Assembly: GCF_006345805.1 (NCBI RefSeq)
Contig: NC_043002.1
Span: 4,526,001-4,590,000, forward strand
Direction of reading: 5' to 3'
Origin: Octopus sinensis
Taxonomy: Eukaryota
Length of the DNA: 64,000 bases
In this document: positions 28,176-39,900 of the stretch, piece by piece
How positions within the stretch are numbered: position 1 is the first letter of the stretch
Layout: every line of letters begins with the position of its first letter
The notes under the pieces: model-generated
The model's input: the letters and a program-made list of their open reading frames with translations, nothing else
What the model was told of the DNA's origin: nothing
Databases searched by the model: none
Translations under genes and position numbers: made by a program

Positions 28176-29064
28176 CACACACACACACACACACACGCAC
28201 GTATACCCACAAACACGCATATATACACATTTATAGACAATGTAGATATAATCAAAGGCAAACGCATGTAACGCCGGCGCAATCTTACGAGCACAGTCAG
28301 CCATATTTATATAGAAAGACGTAGAGACATTTGCTGCGACTTCTGTTCTCTCGTAGATGCATCTGCATTCATATTGTCAAACTCAAACTGTCAGGTATAT
28401 TGAGGTAGGGTGTACTTTCTACATAAATTTCCAGGCGCGAATTTACACAGACACACGCGCTCACCCGCGCACATACAGTGAATCTTTGGCTCTCTCTTTC
28501 TTCCCTTCTTGTCTCCTTCGAATTCACGCAAGCGCACACTCACGCATCCCTCAAGATGCGTTGCTGCATCTATACGCCATTATACATATTTGTATTCATC
28601 CACATTTATACACATATGCATACATACATACATACATACATACATACATACATACACACACACACATATACATACATACGTACGCAGTACTTACAGACAT
28701 ACATTCATACTTACACATACACACACACATACATACTTGCATGCAGACAGACATACATACATACATACATACACATATACATACGTACGTAGTAGTTACA
28801 TACATACATTCATACTTACACATATACACGCACATACATACTTGCATGCAGACATACATACATACATACATACATACATACATACATACATACATACATA
28901 CATACATACATACATACATACATACATACATACATACATACATACGTATAGACACAAACGTACACGCGCACACATGTACATAGTACATACATACACATAC
29001 ATACATACACATACATACATACATACATACCTACATACATACATGCATACATCTATGTATGGTT

Positions 29065-30530
29065 AGAAGCTTCCTTCCGCGCATGCGTCGGATAATTTGC
29101 TGTCTGAATTTTGTAAGAGTCGGACGTAGTCTTTTTTGTTGCTTAGAAGATGTACTCAGACCTTGACGGATCTGAGTTGTCGTCGTCGTCGGAGCTGGTA
29201 AGGCCGGTCATAAACATGGACGGAGTGTTGAAGACAAGGAGTTTTCCTGAAGCCACGGAGGTGAAGCGAAGGGAGCTGGACTTGGCTGGTCTGAAGGAGT
29301 ATGAGAAGTTGGCTCAGAAGGTGGGCGACGACGTGAAGTTGTTGCTCCCCAAAGGAATTATGGAGATGATGGCGAAGAAAACGATCACATATAAGGTGTA
29401 CTAGTTGAAAGGAAAACAGGCAGAACAGGTGGAGGCAAAAGTGGCAAAGCCGCCGATAGAACGATCAATAGAGATAACGTACATGACCAAAGGAAGAAGA
29501 CATGGGACAATGGTCGTCCATTTTAGGACAGTAGAGGAGGGAAGGAGGCTGGCGAATGTGGCGGTGAAAACAGAGGAAATAGTGCTTCTGCTCACATACC
29601 TTGGAAGAAAGACTTCCAAGGTGAGGGTAGAAGCAAATCCACCGGATATAGAATTGGATTGGTTAGTGGCAGCTGTCCTTGTTGGAAGCGAGGAGAAGGT
29701 TGCTGTCCTCCAAGCCACAGAAGCGGAAGAAGGAGGGTGGAAAGGAAAGACACTTGAACTCATTATTCAAACGGAGTTGGGTCAACTGGAGAACTTGGCA
29801 GAGACGGTGACGTTGGGGGAAATCGTGCTGGGGGTGTGGATAGAGGACAGAGTACCACGTTGTTTTAAATGTGGCCAAAAGGGCCACATTAGAGCAAACG
29901 GCCCACTACAGAGGACAATGGCTGAAATACAGTTGTGGAGACGGAAGAGAAAAGAGAGGAAGAGAAGACAGACGGAGGAAAGGGGGAAAAGGGAAGGAGG
30001 ATGGAAAGTTACAGAGAGCAGAAGGAGAAAGAGAAAAAGGGAAAACACTGAGTATGATGTGGTACCCCAGTCCCACTCCATCCCACCCAAGACCACTCAG
30101 ACCCACCCTCCCCATACAGACACCAAACCCACCCACCACATTTCCCCACAAGAAGAAGAAGCCCAAAATTTAGAAGACTCACCCCCCCCCCGGTGATAAA
30201 GGTTACGAATGCATGGCGGAGAGAATGATGTCACTAAGTGATGGAGAAAGGGGAAAAAGGATTAGACTGAAGGAGATAAAGGACTTAGGACCCAGAGGCG
30301 GCGAGTGGTGTTATTCAGTGTGGGGTGAATAGCACACTTCATAATATCATTTTCAGATATCATTCATGTTATATTTTAATTTGTTTTTCATGCTCATTTT
30401 CATGTGTCATTCATTATATCGTTTTTTAATATTTTTATATTTCTAATTCTTATATGTCCCCACATGTGTTGTAGTGTCCCCATCTGTGTAATGCCTTTAT
30501 GGCAATTTAAAAGAAAAAAGAAGAAATAAA
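29065..30530 (+). mobile_element. ORF1-only (gag-like) non-LTR retroelement, no endonuclease or RT
   Basis: GC-richer 1.47-kb unit between 24-bp direct repeats (29065-29088, 30530-30553), with one long disrupted ORF, an AT-rich 3' UTR and an A-rich tail (AAAAGAAAAAAGAAGAAATAAAG). Confidence 0.65.
29150..30332 (+). pseudogene. Disrupted LINE ORF1/gag-like zinc-knuckle protein (~393 aa reconstructed)
   Basis: ORFs 29150-29404 and 29405-30196 are one frame split by a single TAG (29402-29404). The knuckle CFKCGQKGHIRAN(G) at 29861-29902 is CX2CX4HX4C with the last Cys as GGC. A basic R/K tract follows. Removing one C from the 10-C run (30182-30191) opens a further 46 codons to TAG at 30330-30332. 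Confidence 0.72.
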
Positions 30531-31356
30531 GAAGCTTTCTTCGGCGCATGCGTTGTTGTCAGTGGTTTTCTTTGCACTGAAAGTGACGACGCTGGTTTGC
30601 AGCGTGGCGAACTAAATGAAGCTCAACTGCAAGGTAAGACTTTTGTTTTTTTGGGGATTCAGTGGAGGTTTGTTGATTGTTGTGTATTTTTTCTTTTCAA
30701 GCAAGAAATCCTGACTGGATTCCGGGCATTTGTCTGCCTGCAGTTGAGCATAAATATCTCACTTAACGGTGAGAAGTAAGTTGGGTGGGAGCGTATCTCG
30801 CCTCCAAAAATTTTGAACTTTATTGTTTTTGTGTTCCAGCTGCTGTGTTCCTGCTACCATTTGGTTGACCTGGAGTACAGGTGACCGGAAGATTGTATGC
30901 AGTATTTTGGGGGCGTATCCCACCTCCAAAAATTGTGAAATTTTTTTACCAATTTTTGTATCAATTTATTGGTGAAATTTTTTGAAGCTTTGTTCCCGTT
31001 GCTGTGTTCCTGTTGCTATACCATTGGCTATTATTTGCATGATAATCTAAAGTTAACCTTTCAGTGAATTTCATTTCTTATTTAAACGTGGTAATCCTCT
31101 TAAAAAACTTCAGAAAATCTTCGATATTCAAAGACTGAACTTTCACCAACTGAATACTCACCATGTAGTGCCTTACTGCTTTTTGTTGGATTTTACCTCG
31201 AGAAAAGAACCCTGAGGAAGGAGGGCTGAATTTTGAGTACTTCGCACAACGACTTTTCTGAAACGGCTGCAGGTTAGGAAAAAAATTTTAATCGCCTCTT
31301 CTAATTTAGGTTTTTATTTTTCATGTTTATATTCGTATTTCATTGTTATGTTTATA

Positions 31357-31922
31357 TTGGGTTGTCCGGAAAGTTCGTTCCGATTTTTAAAGGAAAGTAA
31401 AGGTCACTAAATACTTGCTATTACATTTTTAATGAAACAAATGTGAACCATTTCGTTGCACAATACGTCTCCATCTTTCCTTTACCTTGAAAATACCCTC
31501 TTCCCAGAATTGGGGTGGTTTCAAGGCAAAGAATTCGTCAAGGTATTTTTTTACGTCATCTAAGGAATTGAAACTTTTACCATTAAGACTTTTCTGCAGG
31601 GATCTGAATAAGTGGAAATCCGAAGGAGTAATATCTGAGAAATTGGGAGGGTGGGAGTAACATATAGCAGCCGAGCTGCAGCAATTTTTGTCTGGTTCCC
31701 AAAGCATCAAGTGCCGAAAATGAACTTTCTCATCTTTTATTTTAAAGGGTTACAGAATTAACACAGATTATAGGAACATAAACCTTCTTCGACGAAAATA
31801 TAGCTTAAACTGTGCTCTAAATGGAGGTGTAGCCAAATCCTATTTTATGGTCTCAAACATGTCTTAAAATAAGTCGAAGGATAAATTACTATAAATCGGC
31901 AAGAACTTTCTGGACAATCCAA
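31357..31922 (-). mobile_element. Internally deleted mariner element (566 bp)
   Basis: TA-flanked TIRs TTGGGTTGTCCGGAAAGTTC / GAACTTTCTGGACAATCCAA; the minus ORF keeps SDITPSDFHLFRSLQKSLNGKSF...ERWRRIV, a mariner C-terminus. Confidence 0.88.
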
Positions 31923-32365
31923 TATTTCTATATTTTTATCATGAAACTCTTAACATAAATATGTGTATATTCGTATGGAATAATGCCTCATGTGCTACAT
32001 CTCAATTTTCTTGTTGCCGCTACGTTCTGAGTTCAAATTCCGCCGAGGTCGACTTTGCCTTTCGGGGTCGATAAATTAAGTACCAGTTACGCACTGGGGT
32101 CGATGTAATCGACTCAATCCGTTTGTCTGTCGTTGTTTGTCCCCTCTATGTTTAGCCCCTTGTGGGCAGTGAAGAAATATATATCAATTTAGCATTATAA
32201 TTCTTCAAGTTGTATAAAAATTGTTTGCATCATTCGAAAGAGAAATAAATTTTGCATAAGGTGTAAAAGATATAAATGATTTGTATGGTGTTAGTAACAA
32301 AATATTTTGTAAGAAATAGAACTTTTATCGTCGGTCTTAAATATATTTTCGCCGGTGTATATATC

Positions 32366-34932
32366 TCAGGTCATCCCATAAGTCCTGTCCGAATTTTGGA
32401 TAAAGAAACTAAGTGATCAAATGTTATATATAATTAAAGGTTAATCATCAATGTACTTTCCCTGATTATCTATGACTTACTTCCATCTATTTACAAGCTT
32501 TTTAATCCCATCCATGTAAAACTCTTGGTTTCAAAGCGAAGAACTCTGAAACGTCAGGTTCGACTTCCCTATGGCTTGCGAAAGTTGTGCCCCCCTAATA
32601 ATTCTGTAAACTATGAAACAAATGGTATCCTGAAGGAGTAAGGTCGGGAGAATAAGTTGGATGAAGAAATTTTTCCAAACCGACCTCTTCGATCTTCTGT
32701 GATGTGATCTTTTCAGTGTGGGGTTGCGCATTGTCCTGATGAAACGTCACTCGTTTTCGACTCACTAAAGCGGCTCTTTTTTCCTTCAAAGCTTGGTTCA
32801 AACGCTCTAATTGCTGACAGTAGACTTGAGCATTGATTGTTGCATTAGGTGGTAATAATATAGAGCGAATTACGCCTTTGCAATCGCACCAGATATAGTA
32901 GAACCTTTTTCCCATGAAGTTCCCTTCTCGGTTGTGGTTGAGCATTTTCCCTTTTATCAAGCCACTGTTTACGTTTAACATTTCGATAGAAAATCCATTT
33001 TTCGTCTCAAGTCTATCGAAAAAGGGTGAAATGAGTCTGCGAGAATGGAGAGAAGAGCAGATGTCAACTCGGGATTTGCGGTTGCTTTCGGACAATACAT
33101 GAGGCACCTATTTTCCAAGTTTAGGAATCTTTACACGTTGTTGAAGATGACGATGAACTGTTGTATGGTTTGAAGTAAGCTTTATTGCCAATTCTTCAAC
33201 TGCTAATGACGGATTTGTTTCAAGTAATGCCTCAAGGAGCTTATTATAAAACTCAACTGGACATCCTATTCGATCTTCATCTTCAATTCTGTAAACGATC
33301 TCCTGCAAGTTCTTTCATTCAAGCACTTTCCCATAAACTGAGTGTATGTTTCGAGTCACTTCGGCTGCAGAGTTACCTTTATTGTACTCATAAAGAATTA
33401 TATGTGCCTTAAATGCCCCTTGGATACTTCCATGTTGAAAGGGTTTTAATCAAAGCAATTTTAGGGTGTCCACGAAGTCTGGGTACATGGAATAAAATCA
33501 TAACATAAACAAATATAATAAATAATAATTTTTTTTTTTTACTTTTGTTTAAATTAAATAAAAAAAACTTTACTTTTCTAAATCTATTTGTTACGTTTTC
33601 TACAGATGATCGAATGACGGCTCTGTCTGAAGTAGAGAGAATCCCAGATCGAATGATGGATCTGTCTAAAGAAGAAAGAATCCAGTTAGTATTATTAAGT
33701 GGACGAGAGGGATGGTCTTATCGCAAAAGTGCGGAAGAATTTAATCTTCAACACCCTTATAGGTAACCTATTTTTTTTACTGCCGTCGGGAAATTGATCA
33801 AGAAATTTAAAGAAACAGGCAGTGTTTTGGATAAACCCCGTTCCGGGCGACCAAAGACTTCAGATGAAACGAAAGAGGCTGACATGGCTAAAGTTTCTGC
33901 TAGCCCAAAGAAATCACTTCGTTGGACATCCACGGTGTTAGGTGTTCCAAAACCAACCATCCACAAAATGCTGGTTGAGGAAAAGTTTCATCGATACAAT
34001 CTACAGATATTGCATTACTTAAATGAAGCCGACCCTGATAGACGAATGTAGACGTGCGAATGGTTTTCAGATAAATTGGATGAAAATATCAATTTTACGA
34101 AAAACTTTGTCGTTCAGTGACAAAGCTACGTTTTATGTAAATGGTAAGGTCAACAGACAGAATCTTCTATACTGGTCTCGAGGTAATCCACATTGGATGG
34201 ATCCATCCAAACAGCAAGGTAGCAAAAAGGTGATGGTGTGGTTTGTGAAAAGCTCATGTTCTAGGACCCTTCTTCATTGAACATGTGACTGATGAGACTT
34301 ATGTAAACATATTGAGAGACTAATTAATATCTCAAATTGAGTGCCTAGGCGAGGGCCTTCCGAATTGGTTTCAGCAAGATGGGGCCCCTAGCCATTTTGC
34401 CACAACTGTTAGAGATTGGCTTAATGACACTTTTCTTCACTGGATTGGAAGAAGGGCTCATATGGAAAGGTCCCCTCGTTCACCAGACCTTTCTCCCCTT
34501 GATTTCTTTTTCTGGGGTATATTGAAAGAGAAAGATAACAATAAAGATTACAGATTTAAAACACATGAGAGAATGCATTACCAGTCAGTGTACTGAAATT
34601 GATGGCAATGTAGACTTATTTAATCAAGTTCACCTGAATTTTGCAAGGCGCATCAAGTTATGCATTGAAAATGATGGAAATCACTTTGAAAATATTATTC
34701 ATTAACATTATAATTAAATAAAATTGGTTTGTTTTTAAAGTATGTGTTAATCCCCATGTACGCAGACTTTGTGGACACCCTCTCTTATTTTGTAAAACAA
34801 TATTGAATTAGTTTAAACGTACACAAATTCATAACAATAATTTTTAATTGAATTAGACATTTGAAAATACTATTAAATTTCATTCAAATCTAAAAAAAGG
34901 CAAAATTGGACAGAACTGATTGGATGACTTGA
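32366..34932 (-). mobile_element. mariner (DD34D) element, degenerate, interrupted in its 5' UTR by a second transposon
   Basis: TIRs TCAGGTCATCCCATAAGTCCTGTCCGAATTTT (32366) and AAAATTGGACAGAACTGATTGGATGACTTGA (to 34932). The transposase runs from ATG 33433 (MEVSKGHLRH..) to HQDNAQPH...YSPDLTPS(G)YHLF, with 34 residues between D2 and the mutated D3. Confidence 0.88.
33463..34781 (+). mobile_element. rosa-like Tc1/mariner element, near full length, frameshifted, D..D40D
   Basis: TIRs AGGGTGTCCACGAAGTCTGGGTACATGG / CCATGTACGCAGACTTTGTGGACACCCT; transposase pieces KFKETGSVLDKPRSGRPKT, FSDKATFYVNGKVNRQN, WFQQDGAPSH...SPRSPDLSPLDFFFWG. Confidence 0.88.
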
Positions 34933-35554
34933 TATATATAATCTATGATATTCTGGTAGGTTTCAAGTTTATAACGCCTTGATATCTCATTTTATATGCC
35001 TAAGACGTTTATATTCTTTTCTGGTTTTTATATATTTCTATACATTATATTTGTATCTATGTTTTATTTTAAGCCGAAACATAATACGATCCTTGTACAA
35101 ACGAAAGAACAAGAATGTCCTCTGGAACTTTTATCTTCCACCGGTGTTTGTAATCGATGGTGACATGTGCGATGATTTTGCGACTATCTTATATTTTACA
35201 GAGAAATTGGAAGCCCCAAATGTAAGCCACCACTTTATGCATACTACAATATTTATATTTCTCTATTTCTAACTGAAATTCTGTCCTCAATAATTATAGA
35301 TCTCTATTCCTAAATGTAATTCTTTTTCTTGTCGTTCAGTTTATAACTATAACACGCACACTTGTCTGTCTCTTGACAAAGCTTTTTTTCTCCAGCGTTT
35401 AACACTTCACCTTGTTAGTGTTAAACAGCTCTTACCGAATGTTTTCACTGTCCTGTTTTTGTTAGCAGGTTTGATGTTCCACGTATCTCAAATTTGATTT
35501 AATTTGCTTTGAGGGAGCAAACCCGACCCGACCCGTTTGTAAAGCGACACCAAT

Positions 35555-35690
35555 GCCATAGCGTCGACTGTGGGCTTGTAGGTGTGTACAGTCGCCCCAA
35601 TGTCGCCCAGAGCGAGCTCTGGTCGCCATAGCGTCGAATGTGGGCTTGTAGCTGTGTACTGTCGCCCAGAGCGAGCCCTGGTCGCCATAG
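35555..35690. repeat. GC-rich short tandem repeat (periods 70 and 59 bp) with internal palindrome
   Basis: GCCATAGC at 35555, 35625 and 35684; contains CCAGAGC-GA-GCTCTGG. Confidence 0.7.
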
Positions 35691-35996
35691 CATCTTTGCC
35701 TTCACTAAATCTATTCTGTCCAATTACGTGTCTGTATAGTGGTCATTTGCAAACTCCAGAGGTGACACTTTCATTTCTCCTTGTCGACTGTGGGCTGGTA
35801 TATTTAAAGGGCTAAAAACCACTATGTGGCCAGTCATATTCTAGAAGTAGATCGACTTTGCCTTTCATCCTTTCGGAGTCGATTAAATAAGTACCAGTTA
35901 CGCACTGGTGTTGAATAGTCTCCTCCCCCCAAAATTTCAGGCCTTGTGCCTTTACTAAAAAGGGTTATTATTATAAGTTATAGCAGCACCAGTAAC

Positions 35997-36040
<44 letters not shown>

Positions 36041-37241
36041 TGTCGCTGCTGACTCGTTCAAACGTGCCTAAATTTGCGCGGGAATTCTTGTATTTCAAAT
36101 ATAACTAAAGAAAATTATTTTAATTTTAGTTCTTCGCTTACTTTTATAGAACTATTTGGAAGTCCACTCCGTAATGGGCACAGGGTCTTTTTTTCCCCCC
36201 TTCTTAATAATTCCGTTAAACTTTCACCATTTAATTTTAAGTCAATAAGAGCTTCCCGTTATAAAGGAACCATCCCTAAAAGAAATTAAATTGAACTGGA
36301 AAAAAAGAAAAGCAGAAACAGAAAATGAAAACAAAAGCAAAACGAAATAATATGAAAAATAAAGACTTTGTAATTGTAGAAAATGGAAAACAACATTTTG
36401 GTTAAAAAAACAACAAAAAAAAAAAAGAAAATTCCCCAAAACAAAGAATATGACAGACGAAACATTTGGCAACAAAAGCAACAACGACATTCGCCCGTTG
36501 TCATACTATGTCGAACTAAATACTTCAAATGTAAGCCAAACTCTATCATTTGAAAGTGTTATCTGACAAATGAAATGCGACAGTATTATATTACGAAAAC
36601 AGACGCCTCTCAACCAAAAGCTTTTATACAACACGAGCGAAAAGATAAGTATCGTACCCATGCTTACCAAGGCGATATAAGCTTTTCATGTGTCATCTAA
36701 AGAGCAGTTGGTGGCAACACTAACAGTTGCATAGAATGAAATTTGTTTCTCTAAGAGAAACTGGGCATATGGTAAGATATGTCTTAAAAACTGAGAATAG
36801 AGTGAGGATACGTGCTCAGACAGTGTCAATTCCGCTCATAAACTACCAATGCAGCACATGCACCAAAGAAATGTAAGAGTCACTATCAAGGACATCGGGG
36901 ATTCCTGGCTCTCGGTCAATTTTGTGGTGCAATATGGATAGATGATTAACGCTGATATAACGTCCGCTGACTTGTGGTCGGGTGGAAGATCTACCTTGTT
37001 CTTATACGTTTTCCGAACCCCCAGAATGGTTAAAGCCATAAAAAAGCACCAGAGCTCGGCATTGTGGAAGAGTTCGGGAGAAAGTTTTTAAGGCATGTCC
37101 TTCACAACGGAAAGTCCAATTGCAACTTAAGTGGCAGAAAATCATTTAAGGCCTTTCTGCCCAAGTCTAAAATATAAAGAGTCACAACAACAGTAGTAAA
37201 CCAAGCAAACCAATTCACCTAAGGTGACACCAAGCGCAGCA

Positions 37242-37609
37242 GGAGGCGCAATGGCCCAGTGGTTAGTGCAGAGGACTCGCGGACGGAGGATTGCGGTTTC
37301 GATTCCCAGACCGGGCGTTGTGTGTGTTTATTGAGCGAAAAACACCTAAAGCTCCACGAGGCTCCGGCAGGGGGTGGTGGCGACCCCTGTTTTACTCTTT
37401 CGCCCCAACTTTCTCTCACTCTTTCTTCCTGTTTCTTGTCCCCGACTTCCTACGCAACCGCTGAGCCTGGATGCGCATTCATTCATCCGTCGATGCTCTC
37501 GGTGTCGGGGGTTGACTTGCTTTCTCTTCTGCGGGTCTTACGAATAGCAAAGGACCACGTTTCGGACTTCTCCCACCACAGACTTCTCCGCTTCGCTGAA
37601 CATCAACAT
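37242..37609 (+). mobile_element. Complete SINE family 3 copy (tail variant A) with 14-bp target-site duplication
   Basis: CACCAAGCGCAGCA at 37228-37241 and 37610-37623 flanks a tRNA-headed element. Related copies at 51107-51320(+, partial) and 62350-62676(-). Confidence 0.9.
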
Positions 37610-38634
37610 CACCAAGCGCAGCAATGATGTCAGAAGAGATTAGAACTCTGACTACGTAAATACTACATTAATAATGCATTACAGAGTGTTTACTGGATAA
37701 TTCGGAATGTTATACAACAATACAATGTGTAACTTTGATAACCATAAAAATTTAGATTTACAGTGAAAAAAAAAATTTCTAATTGACGAAAGAAAAGTGT
37801 GATCGATCTCACTAGAGTTATGGCTTGGTAATCTTTTATAAGGAAGACAACACCTAACTGCTGTTGTACATAATTGTAGTTATGTGTGTGTGTTTACGTA
37901 TATAAAAAGAGGTTCAAAGGTTTTCCCGAGTCACAAGCTCATAAGGTCGGTTTCCCGGATTCTGTAGCGTATATCTTCTCCGGTCTGTCGAAGGATTACT
38001 CATTTTTAACAGTTGAGAGTGGTGGAGCGAGGGAAAATGAAGTGTTTTGCTCAAGAACACAATGCATCACCCTGTCCAGGAATCGAAATCACAATCTTAC
38101 GATCATTAATGCAATAACACACTAACTACTAAGGCATGCGCCAAATAATAATCTTCGCCCGTAAGGCGGCGAGCTGGCAGAAACGTTAGCACGCCGGGCG
38201 AAATGCGTAGCCGTATTTCGTCTGCCGTTACGTTCTGAGTTCAAATTCCGCCGAGATCGACTTTGCCTTTCATTCTTTCGGGGCCGATGAATTAAGTACC
38301 AGTTACACACTGGGGTCGATGTAATCGACTTAATCCGTTTGTCTGACCTTGTTCGTCCCCTCTGTGTTTAGCTCCTTGTGGGTAGTAAAGAAGTAGGTAT
38401 TTCATTTGTCGCTACGTTCTGAGTTCAAATTCCGCCGAGGTCGACTTTGCCTTTCATCCTTTCGGGGTCGATTAAATAAGTACCAGTTACGCACTGGGGT
38501 CGATGTAATCGACTTAATCCCTTTGTCTGTTCTTGTTTGTCCCCTCTATGTTTAGCCCCTTGTGGGCAGTAAAGAAATAATGTTCGTCCGTCAACTTGCT
38601 GCTCAAGTCTTCGCTGAGGTTCTGTTTCACATTG

Positions 38635-39900
38635 TGCCTTTCCAATTTGCTGATGTTCAGCCGCTTGTTTGCCGGCTTCCCTTGTGGTCGCAACCGGGGT
38701 TAGATATGCATGTCGATTTTTCCGAGGCTGAGTCTGGGATCTGTCAAGCATTCTGTGTCACACGTATCCTTTGTCACCTTACGCATACACACACGCATAT
38801 ATGTATATATATAAGGCGGCGAGCTGGCAGAAACGTTAGCACGCCGGGCGAAATGCGTAGCCGTATTTCGTCTGCCATTACGCTCTGAGTTCAAATTCCG
38901 CCGAGGTCGACTTTGCCTTTCATCCTTTCGGGGTCGATTAAGTACCAGTTACACACTGGGGTCGATGTAACCGACTTAATCCCTTTGTGTGTCCTTGTTT
39001 GTCTCCTCTATGTTTAGCCCCTTGTGGGCAATAAGGAAATATATATGTATATATTGGTCAACTAGAAGTTACTTACATGACAATTGCTCAAAATGCCTCG
39101 TGGTGGGAGCGAACGCAGGGCCAGATGGTTGCAATAAGCACTTCTTGTACACTCAATGTTGCTTAAGTCTATGAGATACAGCTAGATAATATATGAATGT
39201 AGGGAACTAGAGGCACACATCCACAGGAACACAACCCCACTACCACGTGTGTGTGTGTTTGTATGCGTTTGTGTGTTTGCGTGTGCGTGGGCAAGTGTGC
39301 AAGTTTGCGGTGCGAGTTTGTGCATGCGTGTGTGCGTGTCCGTGTGCGAGTACGTGTGCATGTGTGTGCTTGGGTGTGTGTGTGTGTGCGAGGTTGTGTG
39401 TGTATTGCAACCATCTGGCCCTGCGTTCGCTCCCACCACGAGGCATTTTGAGCAATTGTCATGTAACTTCTAGTTGACCAATATATACATATATATTTCC
39501 TTATTGCCCACAAGGGGCTAAACATAGAGGGGACAAACAAGGACACACAAAGGGATTAAGTCGGTTACATCGACCTCAGTGTGTAACTGGTACTTAATCG
39601 ACCCCGAAAGGATGAAAGGCAAAGTCTACCTCGGCGGAATTTGAACTCAGAGCGTAATGGCAGACGAAATACGGCTACGCATTTCGCCCGGCGTGCTAAC
39701 GTTTCTGCCAGCTCGCCGCCTTATATATATACATATATGTGTGTGTGTATGCGTAAGGTGACAAAGGCTACGCGTGACACAGAATGCTTGACAGATCCCA
39801 GACTCAGCCTCGCAAAACTCGACATGCGTATCTAACCCCGGTTGCGACCACAAGGGAAGCCGGCAAACAAGCGGCTGAACATCAGCAAATTGGAAAGGCA
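38635..39900. repeat. Large inverted duplication: arms 38635-39136 and 39403-39900, 266-bp spacer
   Basis: The arms are reverse complements over ~500 bp, including non-SINE sequence on both sides of an embedded SINE1; there are scattered substitutions (about 6 in one 120-nt stretch). Confidence 0.9.

Noticed and set aside
29402-29410. Programmed readthrough of the TAG in the gag-like ORF
   Set aside because: The context TAG-TTG is not a known readthrough context, and the stop lies upstream of the knuckle, so a point mutation is simpler.
37242-37320. tRNA gene calls for SINE heads (also 20808, 38165, 56231)
   Set aside because: A/B-box-like words are present but no full cloverleaf, and they continue into multi-copy SINE bodies.
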